From contig OZ241326.1 in assembly GCA_965199855.1 (NCBI GenBank), positions 1,248,001 to 1,312,000 of the forward strand: a stretch of 64,000 nt of DNA, read 5' to 3'. Source of the DNA: a bacterium (GTDB taxonomy: Bacteria; UBA8248). Numbering within the stretch: position 1 is the stretch's first letter; the number at the start of each line of letters is the position of its first letter. Of the stretch, positions 32,442-42,613 are shown in pieces. The notes beneath the pieces are model-generated. The model was not told where the DNA came from, did no database searches, and was given only the letters and a program-made list of their open reading frames with translations. The translations under genes were made by a program, and so were the position numbers.

Positions 32442-34328
32442 ATGGGCCGCGTGCCGGACGAGGTGGTGGACAGGATACGGGACGGCGCTCCGATAGAGAG
32501 CGTCATCGGCGAGTTCGTGCGCCTCCAGAAGGCGGGCGCGAACTTCAGGGGGCTTTGTCCGTTCCACGACGAGAAGACGCCCTCCTTCAACGTGAACCCG
32601 CGCATGGGCATCTACAAGTGCTTCGGGTGCGGGGCGGGGGGCAACGTCTTTCAGTTTCTCATGCGGCACGAGGGCATGACCTTCCCGGAGGCGCTGGCGC
32701 ACCTGGCGAAGCGCCAGGGGATAGACCTCTCCCGCTACGAGGAGCCTTCGGGGAGAGGCCCGCGAAAGCCGGACGCGCGGCGGGAGACGGCGGTGCTCAA
32801 CCGGCTGGCGGCCGATTTCTTCCGCGCCGCGCTCGGGAGCGGCGCGGGCGAGCGGGGCCGGCGGTATCTGGCCGAGCGCGGCGTCTCCGGGGAGGCCGTC
32901 GAGAGGTTTCAGATCGGGTATGCGCCGCCGCGCTGGGACGCCCTCATCAAGGGGGCGGGGCGCAGGGGGGCGTCTCCCGATGCGCTGGCGGAGGCGGGCC
33001 TCGCGGCGCGCCGCGAGGAGGGCAATGGGTTTTACGACCGCTTCCGGGACAGAATCATGTTTCCCATCCGGGGCCACGAGGGGGAAATCGTGGGCTTCGG
33101 GGGGCGCTCGCTGCCCGACGCCGATTCGCGCCACGCGACCGCGAAATACCTGAACTCGCCGGATACGCCGCTCTTCCGGAAGGGAAGGGTCCTCTACGGC
33201 TTCCACGAGGGCGGGGAGGCCATCCGCGAGAAGAAGCGCGCCCTGGTGACGGAAGGATATTTCGACGTCATCTCGCTCTGGATGCGCGGCTTTCGGGAGT
33301 CCGTCGCGCCCCTGGGCACCGCGCTGACCTCCGAGCACGTGAGAAGCCTGCGGGCGCGCGCGGAGGAGCTCGTGTTCGTCTTCGATCCGGACGAGGCGGG
33401 CCTCGCCGCCTCGCGGCGCGCGGGCGCCATGGCGGGGCGGATGCTGGGCCTCGCGGGCGCGCCCGGCCGTCTCGTGGCGAGCGACCTCCTGCGCAGGGAC
33501 TTCATCGACCGCGACGGGGCGGGCGCCGTGCGCCTCAAGGTGGTGAGCCTGCCCGAGGGGCGCGACGTGGACGCCTTCCTGCGTGAGAGCGGGGCGGAGG
33601 CCTTCGAGCGGCTTCTCGCCTCCGCCGAGGGCATTCTCGAAAACACGGTGCGGACGGCGCTGGCGGGCGTCTCTGCGGGGGCGCCCCAGGCGGAGAAGAT
33701 CGAGGCGGCGCGGCGGCTTCTGCCCATCCTCGGCGCCTGCCACCGCAGCGTGCAGGATCAGTATCTCGCCCTGCTGGAGGATCAACTCGGGATTCCCTAC
33801 CCCACGCTGGCCTCCATGGTGCGGCGGATGCTCGCGGAAGAGGCCCGGGAGGGGCGGCCCCGCAGGGAGGAGGAGCGGGTGGACCTGCTGGGCGGCGGCG
33901 TCAAGCGTCCCAGGTTCGAGCTGGACGCCCTCCAGCTTCTGCTCATGCGCCCGGAGCTGGCCTCCGAAGTGCCCGAGGGGCTCCTGACCGACCCCGTGGT
34001 GAGCGAGGTCGTCTCCCTCATGAAGTCCCCGGGCGCGGGTTCGCCCGCGGCGGCCGCCCTGGCGGACAGGCTCGAAAGCCCGGCCGCGCGCGCGCTCGTG
34101 GCGGAGCTCGCCGTCGCGGAGGTCGAGCCCGAGGACGTGGAGGCGGAGCTGGCCGACTGCGTGGAGAGGCTGACGGATCGCCGCCGGCGAAGGCGGGAGG
34201 AGGAGCTGCTGCGGGTCATCGAGCGAACGCGCCGGGAGGAGGGGGCGGACTCCCCCAGACTCCGGGAGCTTCTGGAGCGAAAGAACGCGCTTCTGCGCGA
34301 GCGGCAGCGGGCCGCCGCGCCGCGCTGA
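32442..34328 (+). CDS. dnaG: DNA primase
   Basis: CPFHDEKTPSF CHC2 finger, YDRFRDRIMFPI, KYLNSP, TEGYFDV, FDPDEAG. Confidence 0.97.
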   Translation: MGRVPDEVVDRIRDGAPIESVIGEFVRLQKAGANFRGLCPFHDEKTPSFNVNPRMGIYKCFGCGAGGNVFQFLMRHEGMTFPEALAHLAKRQGIDLSRYEEPSGRGPRKPDARRETAVLNRLAADFFRAALGSGAGERGRRYLAERGVSGEAVERFQIGYAPPRWDALIKGAGRRGASPDALAEAGLAARREEGNGFYDRFRDRIMFPIRGHEGEIVGFGGRSLPDADSRHATAKYLNSPDTPLFRKGRVLYGFHEGGEAIREKKRALVTEGYFDVISLWMRGFRESVAPLGTALTSEHVRSLRARAEELVFVFDPDEAGLAASRRAGAMAGRMLGLAGAPGRLVASDLLRRDFIDRDGAGAVRLKVVSLPEGRDVDAFLRESGAEAFERLLASAEGILENTVRTALAGVSAGAPQAEKIEAARRLLPILGACHRSVQDQYLALLEDQLGIPYPTLASMVRRMLAEEAREGRPRREEERVDLLGGGVKRPRFELDALQLLLMRPELASEVPEGLLTDPVVSEVVSLMKSPGAGSPAAAALADRLESPAARALVAELAVAEVEPEDVEAELADCVERLTDRRRRRREEELLRVIERTRREEGADSPRLRELLERKNALLRERQRAAAPR

Positions 34329-34397
34329 GGCGCTTTGGCGCGACCGGGATTTTCACGGATTCAGACGACTGCCTGGCGAGAGGAAAGGAGCGGAACA

Positions 34398-36179
34398 TTG
34401 GCGCAAGCGATGCAGACGAAGAAAAAGAAGAATGCCGATGACGTGAAGAACCTGATCGACCTCGGCAAGGAGAAGGGCTTCCTCACCTACGAGGAGGTCA
34501 ACGACGTTCTGCCGCCGGACGTCACCTCGCCCGAGGTGATCGACGACATCATGGTGCTCTTCAACGACATGGACGTCGAGATTCTCGACAGCGAGTCGGC
34601 GGAGAAGCGCGCCGCCAAGAAGAAGGTCGAGGCGGCGAGTCCGGCGAAGGCGGGCGCGGAGACGACCAGCTCCTTCGACGACGCGACCTACGGGAAGACC
34701 GACGACCCCATGCGCATGTATCTGCGCGAGATGGGGCAGATTCCCCTCCTGACCAGGGAGGGCGAGATCGCCATCGCCAAGCGGATAGAGGAGGGGCAGT
34801 TCGAGGTGTGCCAGGCGGCGGTGAGCACGCGCGTGGCGATCAACGCCGTTCTGGAGCTGACCGATCAGCTCAGGAAGGACGAGCTCAGCGTGACCGATCT
34901 CGTCGTCGTCACTAGCGAGGCGGCCTCGGACGACGAGGAGAAGGAAAAGCCCGCCTACGAGGAGGACAAGCGGCGCGTCCTCAAGCTCGTGAGCAGGCTC
35001 AAGACGCAGCTTCGCGCCCTGGAGAAGAAGAAGGCGGCGGGCGACAAGCCGGCCTCCCTCCAGCGGACGCACGACAAGGTGGCCTCCTGCATCCGCGAGA
35101 TGAACCTGCGGCCCGAGCGCGTGGACAGCATCGCCGAGCGCGTGAAGTCCTACGTGGAGTCGATGCGCGGGCATCAGGAGGAGATCGGGCGGTATCTCGA
35201 CGCGGTGGGGATGGACGAGGCGCAGCTGCGCGCCGCGCTTCGGGAGGCCGCGAAGTCGAAGGGAAAGAAGGGCTCCGCCATCCTCAGCGCCGGCGGGAAG
35301 CCCGTCTCCGTCATCGTTCTCGCCGAGTATGATCGCCGCATCAAGAACGTGCGCCGCCGCATCCGCGCGACGGAGAAGGAGGCGGGCGCCTCCCGCGCGG
35401 AGCTCGAGAATTCGCTCAGGATGATTCGCCGCGGCCGCCGCAAGGATCGCCAGGCGAAGAAGGAGCTCGCCGAGGCGAACCTGCGCCTCGTCGTGAGCAT
35501 CGCCAAGAAATACACGAACCGCGGCCTCCAGTTCCTCGATCTGATTCAGGAGGGCAACATCGGCCTGATGAAGGCGGTGGACAAGTTTGAATACAAGCGC
35601 GGCTACAAGTTCAGCACCTACGCCACGTGGTGGATACGCCAGGCCATCACCCGGGCGATCGCCGATCAGGCGCGGACGATCCGCATCCCCGTCCACATGA
35701 TCGAGACGATCAACAAGCTCATCCGCACCTCGCGGCAGCTCCTCCAGAAGCTCGGGCGCGAGCCCCTGCCCGAGGAGGTCGCCAGGGCGATGGAGATACC
35801 CGTCGAGAAGGTGCGCCGGGTGCTCAAGATCGCCAAGGAGCCCATCAGCCTCGAGACGCCCATCGGCGAGGAGGAGGACAGCCAGCTGGGCGACTTCATC
35901 AAGGACGAGAAGGCCGAGGTGCCGCAGGATTCCGTCATCAAGCTGAACCTCAAGGAGCAGACCCAGAAGGTGCTTCAGACCCTCAGCCCGCGCGAGGAGA
36001 AGGTGCTGCGCAAGCGCTTCGGCATCGGCGCGGAGAACGAGCACACGCTCGAGGAGGTGGGGCAGGACTTCGACGTCACCCGCGAGCGCATTCGCCAGAT
36101 CGAGGCCAAGGCGCTCCGCAAGCTTCGCCACCCCACGAGGAGCCGCAAGCTCAAGAGCTTCATCGAGGAGGAAGGCTGA
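34398..36179 (+). CDS. rpoD: RNA polymerase primary sigma factor
   Basis: [56 protein letters not shown]; TTG 34398 after AGGAAAGGAG. Confidence 0.98.
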   Translation: MAQAMQTKKKKNADDVKNLIDLGKEKGFLTYEEVNDVLPPDVTSPEVIDDIMVLFNDMDVEILDSESAEKRAAKKKVEAASPAKAGAETTSSFDDATYGKTDDPMRMYLREMGQIPLLTREGEIAIAKRIEEGQFEVCQAAVSTRVAINAVLELTDQLRKDELSVTDLVVVTSEAASDDEEKEKPAYEEDKRRVLKLVSRLKTQLRALEKKKAAGDKPASLQRTHDKVASCIREMNLRPERVDSIAERVKSYVESMRGHQEEIGRYLDAVGMDEAQLRAALREAAKSKGKKGSAILSAGGKPVSVIVLAEYDRRIKNVRRRIRATEKEAGASRAELENSLRMIRRGRRKDRQAKKELAEANLRLVVSIAKKYTNRGLQFLDLIQEGNIGLMKAVDKFEYKRGYKFSTYATWWIRQAITRAIADQARTIRIPVHMIETINKLIRTSRQLLQKLGREPLPEEVARAMEIPVEKVRRVLKIAKEPISLETPIGEEEDSQLGDFIKDEKAEVPQDSVIKLNLKEQTQKVLQTLSPREEKVLRKRFGIGAENEHTLEEVGQDFDVTRERIRQIEAKALRKLRHPTRSRKLKSFIEEEG

Positions 36180-36302
36180 GCGGGAGACCCCGCGCGCTTG
36201 ACGCGGAGCGCGCGGAGGGCCATATACTCACGGGCGAACGAGGGCGCGGGGCGGCGGAGGATGTCCGGAGCGCCTTTTCCCCCTTGGGGACGCGCTGATG
36301 CC

Positions 36303-36377
36303 GGGCCCATAGCTCAGCGGCAGAGCCGCCGGCTCATAACCGGCTGGTCCTTGGTTCGAATCCAGGTGGGCCCACCA
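36303..36377 (+). tRNA. tRNA with CAT anticodon, probably tRNA-Ile2 (lysidine) rather than Met
   Basis: GGGCCCA/TGGGCCC stem, GCCGG-CTCATAA-CCGGC arm, encoded CCA; paired 1:72 excludes fMet; Ile2-like sequence and position after rpoD. Confidence 0.92.
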
Positions 36378-36422
36378 CGCGCTTCTTCATCGACGCGCCG
36401 GCGGCGCGAGGAGTCTTTGGCG

Positions 36423-37376
36423 GTGCACCCGGAGCTGACGGCGCTGAAAGAGCTTCAGGCGGTCGACCTTGAGATGGACGCGCGGCGCGAGGCGATAGCC
36501 GCCGTTCCCGCCTCGATTGAAAGGGAAAAGCGCTATCTCACGGGCTTCGAGTCGGCTGTTCAGGAGCTCGAGAAGGAGCTGGAGGCCGCCCGCAAGAGGC
36601 AGCGCGAGGCGGAGGGCGAGGTTCAGGACTTCGACCAGAAGCTGCGCGACGCGCGCGGCAAGCAGACGCTCGTCAAGACGAACGAGGAATACCGCGCCCT
36701 GGGAGCGGAGATAGCGGGCTTTCAGACGAAAATCAGCGCGCGCGAGGACGCCGTTCTCGAAATCATGGACGAAATGCCCTCGCGCGAGGAGGCGCTCGCC
36801 CGCGCGCGCGGCGAGCGGGAGGCGGCGCGGGACAGGGCGCGGGGCGAGGTGAAGAAGCACGAGCGCCGCCGGGAGGAGCTGGAGCGGGAGCTGGGCGGCC
36901 TTTCCGCCAAGTCGAAATCGCTGGCGGGCGAAATCAGCCCGGAGTGGCTGAGGCGCTACCGGGGCTTGCGAAAATCCCGCAAGGGGCTGGCCGTCTGCGC
37001 CATCGTCAACCGCGCCTGCCAGGGGTGCCGCACGGCGGAGACCATCAAGCGCTTTCTGGAGATCCGGGACTCGAAGGACGCGATTTACGCCTGCTCGAAC
37101 TGCGGCCGCATCCTGTATTACGAGGAGGGCGAGACGGAGGATTTGAGCCTCCCGGGAGAGGATGATGGTGCCGGCTATTCTACAAAAATAGGGTCCGTAA
37201 ATAGAAACAGCCAAGAAGTTATTCGGAAGACCAGTATCCCCGGCAACGACCACAATCAGTGGGTCTTTGTCTTGCGATGTGGTGAGTGTAATTATGAATA
37301 TGGATCGAACGGTTCGGATAACCACCAGAGACGATGCCCAAAATGCCAGGGCGGAGCGGCGGGGCTTTCGTATTAA
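36423..37376 (+). CDS. Coiled-coil C4 zinc-ribbon protein (DUF164/CT398-like) with extra low-GC C-terminal Zn-ribbon domain
   Basis: L..LQ.VD, TNEEYRAL..EI, CQGC...CSNCGRILY, then an added tail with CGEC...CPKC; start GTG 36423 or TTG 36417. Confidence 0.88.
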   Translation: MHPELTALKELQAVDLEMDARREAIAAVPASIEREKRYLTGFESAVQELEKELEAARKRQREAEGEVQDFDQKLRDARGKQTLVKTNEEYRALGAEIAGFQTKISAREDAVLEIMDEMPSREEALARARGEREAARDRARGEVKKHERRREELERELGGLSAKSKSLAGEISPEWLRRYRGLRKSRKGLAVCAIVNRACQGCRTAETIKRFLEIRDSKDAIYACSNCGRILYYEEGETEDLSLPGEDDGAGYSTKIGSVNRNSQEVIRKTSIPGNDHNQWVFVLRCGECNYEYGSNGSDNHQRRCPKCQGGAAGLSY

Positions 37377-37420
37377 AAACTGCGGCCCCTAAGCCCGAGC
37401 TCTATAAGGAATGTTGCCGA

Positions 37421-37837
37421 ATGAAGGGGCGCTATCTCCGGGTTCACACCGACGGCGCGGCGCGCGGGAATCCGGGGCCGGCCGCCGCCGCCGCCGTGCT
37501 GTATGACGACGCGGGCGACCGCGTGGCGGAGGAGTCGCGGTATCTGGGGGCGGCGACGAACAACGTGGCGGAATACCAGGCGCTTCTGCTGGGCCTCGAG
37601 CGCGCCGCGAAACTGGGAGCCTCGCGCGTGGAGGTGGTGACGGATTCCGAACTCATCGCCCGCCAGTGGAGCGGAGAGTATCGGGTGAAGAACAAGGCGC
37701 TCAAGCCCCTCTATGAGCGGGCGAAGGAGGCGGCCCGGGCGTTCGGCTCCGTCGCCGTGCGCCACGCGCCGCGCGCGCGGAACGCGGCGGCCGACGCCGC
37801 CGCCAACCGCGCCATCGACGCCGGGACGGCTTCGTAG
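37421..37837 (+). CDS. rnhA: Ribonuclease HI family protein
   Basis: TDGAARGNPGPA, TNNVAEY, DSEL, N..AD..AN. Confidence 0.93.
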   Translation: MKGRYLRVHTDGAARGNPGPAAAAAVLYDDAGDRVAEESRYLGAATNNVAEYQALLLGLERAAKLGASRVEVVTDSELIARQWSGEYRVKNKALKPLYERAKEAARAFGSVAVRHAPRARNAAADAAANRAIDAGTAS

Positions 37838-37874
37838 GACTGGTAGAGCGGCGGGAATACGAAAGAGGCATTCG

Positions 37875-38239
<365 letters not shown>

Positions 38240-38277
38240 CGACAGGATTCGAGGGCGCGCTCCCCGGAGGCGCGAAA

Positions 38278-38361
38278 GCCGTCCGACGGGCGGCGCTCCC
38301 GGCGCGCCGGAAACCCATGCGCGAACCCGGGAGGTCGGACGGCGCGCGCCGCTTTTCTTTT
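38278..38361 (+). terminator. Long stem-loop with U-tract after rnpB
   Basis: GCCGTCCGAC...GTCGGACGGC with inner CTCCCGG/CCGGGAG, followed by TTTTCTTTT. Confidence 0.45.
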
Positions 38362-38381
38362 GAACGAGACGGAGAAGCCAG

Positions 38382-39632
38382 ATGCCCACGGAATCCGCAG
38401 CGGCGCGGCAGACGCTTGATCCCTCGCTCATCGCCGCCGAGTCGGCTCGCGCGGCCGAGGCGATAGCGCCCTGCCTGCGGCCCACGCCCGCCCGCCTCAG
38501 CGAGCATTTCTCCGAGCGGCTGGGCGTAGAGGTCTATCTCAAGCCCGAGAACTTCCAGCGAACGGGCTCGTTCAAGGTGCGCGGGGGCATCTACGCGCTC
38601 CAGAAGCTGGATCCGGCGCGGCGCCAGTGGGGTGTCGTCACGGCGAGCGCGGGAAACCACGCCCAGGGCGTCGCCTTCGCGGCGAAGGAGCTGGGCGTCA
38701 AGGCGCTGGTGGTGATGCCCGAGGCTACGCCCAACACGAAGCTCGACGCCGCGCGGGCGCTGGGCGCCGAGACCGAGCTGTTCGGCGCCTCCTTCGACGA
38801 CGCCTACGAGCGCGCGCGGGGCTACGAGAAAGAGCGCGGCCTGACGATGATTCCCCCTTTCGACCACCCGGACGTCATCGCGGGCCAGGGCACCCTGGGG
38901 CTGGAGATCCTTGATGAGGCGCCGGACGCGGGAACCATCCTCGTCCCCGTCGGAGGGGGCGGCCTCATCTCGGGCGTCGCCGCCGCCGTGAAGACCCGAA
39001 AGCCGGACGCGCGCGTCATCGGCGTGGTGGCCGAGGGCGCGGCCGCGCTCGTGCGCTCCCTGGACGCGGGAAGAATCATCGAGGCGGGCGCGGCGCGGAC
39101 GATCGCGGACGGCATCGCCGTCAAGAGGAGCGGAGAACTCTGCTTTCCCCTGATTCGGGATCTGGTGGATCAGGTGGTCTCCGTCTCCGACGACGCGATG
39201 GCCAACGCCATTCTGGGCCTTCTGGAGCAGGAGCGGATGCTGGTCGAGGCGGCGGGGGCGGCCTCGCTGGCCGCGCTCATCGAGCGAAAGGCCAGGGTGA
39301 GCGGCAAGGTGGTCGCGCTCCTGAGCGGCGGGAACCTGGACGTCAACCTGCTCTCGCGCATCATCGGCAAGGGGCTGGCGCTGGCGAACCGCTACGCGCG
39401 CATCCAGGTGCCGCTCCACGACGTGCCCGGCGCGCTGATGCGGCTCTCCAAAATCGTGGCCGACTGCCGGGTGAACATCATCCACATCGAGCACGACAGG
39501 CTTTCGACGGAAGTGCCCATCAACCACACCCTCTCCACCCTCCACATGGAGGTGCGCGGGCGGGCGCATCTCGAGCAGTTGGCGCAGATTCTCCTCCAGG
39601 AAGGCTACGAAGTGCGCCGGGGGGAGGCCTAG
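38382..39632 (+). CDS. ilvA: Threonine ammonia-lyase with one C-terminal ACT domain
   Basis: KPENFQRTGSFKVRG, SAGNHAQG, PVGGGGLISG, LSGGN, D.PG.L ACT motif. Confidence 0.92.
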   Translation: MPTESAAARQTLDPSLIAAESARAAEAIAPCLRPTPARLSEHFSERLGVEVYLKPENFQRTGSFKVRGGIYALQKLDPARRQWGVVTASAGNHAQGVAFAAKELGVKALVVMPEATPNTKLDAARALGAETELFGASFDDAYERARGYEKERGLTMIPPFDHPDVIAGQGTLGLEILDEAPDAGTILVPVGGGGLISGVAAAVKTRKPDARVIGVVAEGAAALVRSLDAGRIIEAGAARTIADGIAVKRSGELCFPLIRDLVDQVVSVSDDAMANAILGLLEQERMLVEAAGAASLAALIERKARVSGKVVALLSGGNLDVNLLSRIIGKGLALANRYARIQVPLHDVPGALMRLSKIVADCRVNIIHIEHDRLSTEVPINHTLSTLHMEVRGRAHLEQLAQILLQEGYEVRRGEA

Positions 39633-39635
39633 GCC

Positions 39636-41177
39636 ATGGGCGCGCCGCGCCGCGCCCTGCTCAGCGTGAGCGACAAGAGCGGGGTCGGAGAACTCGGCGC
39701 GGCCCTGGTTGAGGCGGGCTGGGAGGTCGTCTCCACGGGCGGCACGGCCGAGGCGCTGCGCCGCGCGGGCGTTCCCGCGCTGGAGGCGGCGGACTGCACG
39801 GGGCATCCCGAAATCATGGGAGGGCGCGTCAAGACGCTCCATCCGAAAATTCTGGGCGGCATTCTCGCGCTCCTGCCGGAGCACGAGGAGGAGATGCACG
39901 CGAACGGCATCGTCCCCATCGACCTGGTGGCGGTGAACCTCTACCCGTTCCGGGAGACCGTCGCCCGGCGCGGCGTCGAAAGGGCCGAGGCGGTCGAGCA
40001 AATCGACGTCGGCGGCCCCGCCATGGCGCGCGCCGCCGCCAAGAACCACGCGCGCGTGGCCGTGCTCGTGGACCCGGCCGACTACCCGGCCGCCATCACC
40101 CACGTCCGGAGCGGCGGGCCGTTTCCGCGGGACTGGCTGGCGGACCTCGCCCGCAAGGCGTTTCGCCACACCGCGAATTATGACGCCGCCATCGCGGACT
40201 ATCTGGACGCCGGCGAGGAGGACGCGCTTCCCGAACGAATCGACCTGCGCCTCGACCGCGTTCAGACGCTTCGCTACGGGGAGAATCCCCACCAGAGGGG
40301 CGCGCTCTACCGGCTGGACGGGGCGGGGGGCGGGTTCTCGCTCTGCGACGCGGAGCGCCTGGGCGGAAAGGAGCTCTCCTTCAACAATCTGCTGGACGCG
40401 GCGGCCGCCGCCGAGCTCGCGAACGATCTGGAGGGCGTCGGCTGCGCCATCATCAAGCACACGAACCCCTGCGGCGTGGGCCTGGGCGGCTCCCCGGCGG
40501 CGGCCTACGAGCGCGCCCTGGCGTGCGATCCCGTCTCGGCGTTCGGAAGCGTGATTGGCTGCAACCGCAAAGTGGACGCGGAGACGGCGCGCGCCATGCG
40601 GGAGCTCTTCGTCGAGGCGGTGGTCGCGCCCGATTTCGACGAAGAGGCGCTCGCCCTCCTGCGTAAGAGGAAAAACCTCAGAATCCTGCGCCTTCGGGGG
40701 CTGGGCGCCTCCGCGCCGGCGGGGCGCGACCTGCGCTCGGTTCCCGGCGGCGTTCTCATGCAGGAGCGCGACCGCCTCTCGGACGCGGAGTTTCGCTGGG
40801 AGGTTGTCACCCCCCGCGCGCCCTCGGAGGAGGAGGAAAGAGCGCTGCGAATCGCCTGGCGCGCGGCGCGCCACGTGAAGAGCAACGCCGTCGTCCTGGC
40901 GGACGCGAGCGGCTCGGTGGGCGTGGGCGCGGGCCAGATGAGCCGGGTGGACGCCGTTCGCCTCGCCGCCGAACGCGCCGTCCTGCCCACCGGGGGCTGC
41001 GCCCTGGGGTCGGACGCCTTCTTTCCCTTCCGGGACGGAGTGGACGCCGCCGCCTCCTGCGGGGTGAAGGCGATAGCCCAGCCGGGCGGCTCGGTGCGCG
41101 ACGAGGAGGTCATCGAGGCGGCGGCCGGGCATGACGTCGCCATGGTCTTCACGGGCAGACGCCATTTCCGACACTGA
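39636..41177 (+). CDS. purH: Bifunctional AICAR transformylase / IMP cyclohydrolase
   Basis: ALLSVSDK, GRVKTLHP, LRYGENPHQ, KHTNPCG, SDAFFPF, RHFRH. Confidence 0.97.
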   Translation: MGAPRRALLSVSDKSGVGELGAALVEAGWEVVSTGGTAEALRRAGVPALEAADCTGHPEIMGGRVKTLHPKILGGILALLPEHEEEMHANGIVPIDLVAVNLYPFRETVARRGVERAEAVEQIDVGGPAMARAAAKNHARVAVLVDPADYPAAITHVRSGGPFPRDWLADLARKAFRHTANYDAAIADYLDAGEEDALPERIDLRLDRVQTLRYGENPHQRGALYRLDGAGGGFSLCDAERLGGKELSFNNLLDAAAAAELANDLEGVGCAIIKHTNPCGVGLGGSPAAAYERALACDPVSAFGSVIGCNRKVDAETARAMRELFVEAVVAPDFDEEALALLRKRKNLRILRLRGLGASAPAGRDLRSVPGGVLMQERDRLSDAEFRWEVVTPRAPSEEEERALRIAWRAARHVKSNAVVLADASGSVGVGAGQMSRVDAVRLAAERAVLPTGGCALGSDAFFPFRDGVDAAASCGVKAIAQPGGSVRDEEVIEAAAGHDVAMVFTGRRHFRH

Positions 41178-41179
41178 AG

Positions 41180-42613
41180 ATGCCGCGGAATCTCCCCGCC
41201 TCTCCTCTCCTGGACAATGCGCCCGCGCCCCTGGAGGCGCTGCGGCGCGCCGAGGCGCTTCTGAACGCCCTGGCCGCGCTGCCCAAGAAATCCTGGAGGC
41301 CGCGCCCGGACGCCCGGGGCGTGAAGGCGGCGGGGCCGGGCCTCGCCCGCGCCGCGCGGCTGCTCGACATTCTTGGGGTTCCCGGGGCGCGCCAGGAAAT
41401 CGTCCACGTCGTGGGGACGAGCGGCAAAGGCTCCACCGCGCTGATGATGGCGGAGGCCCTCCTGGCCTCCGGCAGGAGGACGGCCGCGTTTTTCTCGCCC
41501 CATCTCACCTCGATCGTCGAGCGCTTCTGGATCGGGGGACGCTTCGCCGAGCCCGCCCTCATCGCGCGATGCGCGCGCGAACTCGCCGAGGCGGCCGAAC
41601 GCATGGCGAAGGAGCCCGAATTCGGGCCGCCCTCCTTCTTTGAGGCGGCGCTCGGCCTTTTTCTGGTGATGGCGCGCGAGGAGGACTGCGAATGTCTCGT
41701 CCTGGAGGCGGGGCTGGGCGGGACGTTCGACGCCACGAACGTGGCGGGCGCGGCCGTCTTGGACGTCATCACCTCGGTCGGTCTGGATCACACCGAACTG
41801 CTCGGCGATTCGATCGCGCGAATCGCGCGCGACAAGGCGGGCATCATCACGGAGGGGGGGCGCGTCATGCCGGGCGCCGTCCCTCCCGAGGCGCGGACGG
41901 AAATCGAGCGCGCGGCCTTCGAGCGCGGAGCGCGCCTCTATGCGCCGCCGCGCCTTGAGAACGCGGACTTGCGGCCCGATGGCGCGCTTTTCGATGTAAC
42001 ATTCGACGACGGGGCGCGGTGGGAGAGCCTCTCGACCTCCATGCCCGGCGCGCACCAGGCGCAAAACGCCGCCCTGGCCGCCGGAGCGTGCCGGCTGCTG
42101 GGGCTGGGAGAGCGCGAGATTCGCGCGGGCGTCGCGGCGGCGCGCCTGCCGTGCCGGATGGAGAGCGTCCAGTCGAATCCGCAGGTCGTGCTGGACGGCG
42201 CGCACAACCGGGACAAGGCGCGGGCGCTGGCGGCGGGCCTGGCGCGGCGGGAGTCCGGTCGCCTCATCTTCGTTCTCGGAGCGGTGGGCGGCAAGGATTT
42301 TCGGGGAATGGCCGAGGCGTTCGCCGCCGCGGGCGATTCGTTTTTCGTCACGCTCCCTCCTGTGGGCGCGCCGAGAGCCGCCCTTTCGCCGGTCGCCTTC
42401 GCGCGCGCGCTCGAGGCGGCGGGCGCCGCGCGCGTGGAGATCCGCATGGACGCATGGGCGGCGCTCGATGACGCGCTCGCCGAGGCGGGAGAGGAGGACT
42501 GGGTCGCCGCCGCCGGGTCGATGTTCCTCGCCGGCGAGCTCAGGCGGCGCTGGGTGAGCGAGGCGCGCATCGCGGAGAGCGGCCTCGCTTTTCCGCATGA
42601 GGCGCGTCCGTGA
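41180..42613 (+). CDS. folC: Folylpolyglutamate/dihydrofolate synthase
   Basis: HVVGTSGKGST, SPHL...ER, EAGLGGTFDATN, LDGAHN. Confidence 0.93.
   Translation: MPRNLPASPLLDNAPAPLEALRRAEALLNALAALPKKSWRPRPDARGVKAAGPGLARAARLLDILGVPGARQEIVHVVGTSGKGSTALMMAEALLASGRRTAAFFSPHLTSIVERFWIGGRFAEPALIARCARELAEAAERMAKEPEFGPPSFFEAALGLFLVMAREEDCECLVLEAGLGGTFDATNVAGAAVLDVITSVGLDHTELLGDSIARIARDKAGIITEGGRVMPGAVPPEARTEIERAAFERGARLYAPPRLENADLRPDGALFDVTFDDGARWESLSTSMPGAHQAQNAALAAGACRLLGLGEREIRAGVAAARLPCRMESVQSNPQVVLDGAHNRDKARALAAGLARRESGRLIFVLGAVGGKDFRGMAEAFAAAGDSFFVTLPPVGAPRAALSPVAFARALEAAGAARVEIRMDAWAALDDALAEAGEEDWVAAAGSMFLAGELRRRWVSEARIAESGLAFPHEARP

Noticed and set aside
37162-37167. Independent ATG start (GGAGAGG-ATGATG) for the low-GC Zn-ribbon tail
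   Set aside because: Both ATGs are out of frame with the tail domain, so the domain appears reachable only as a fusion.
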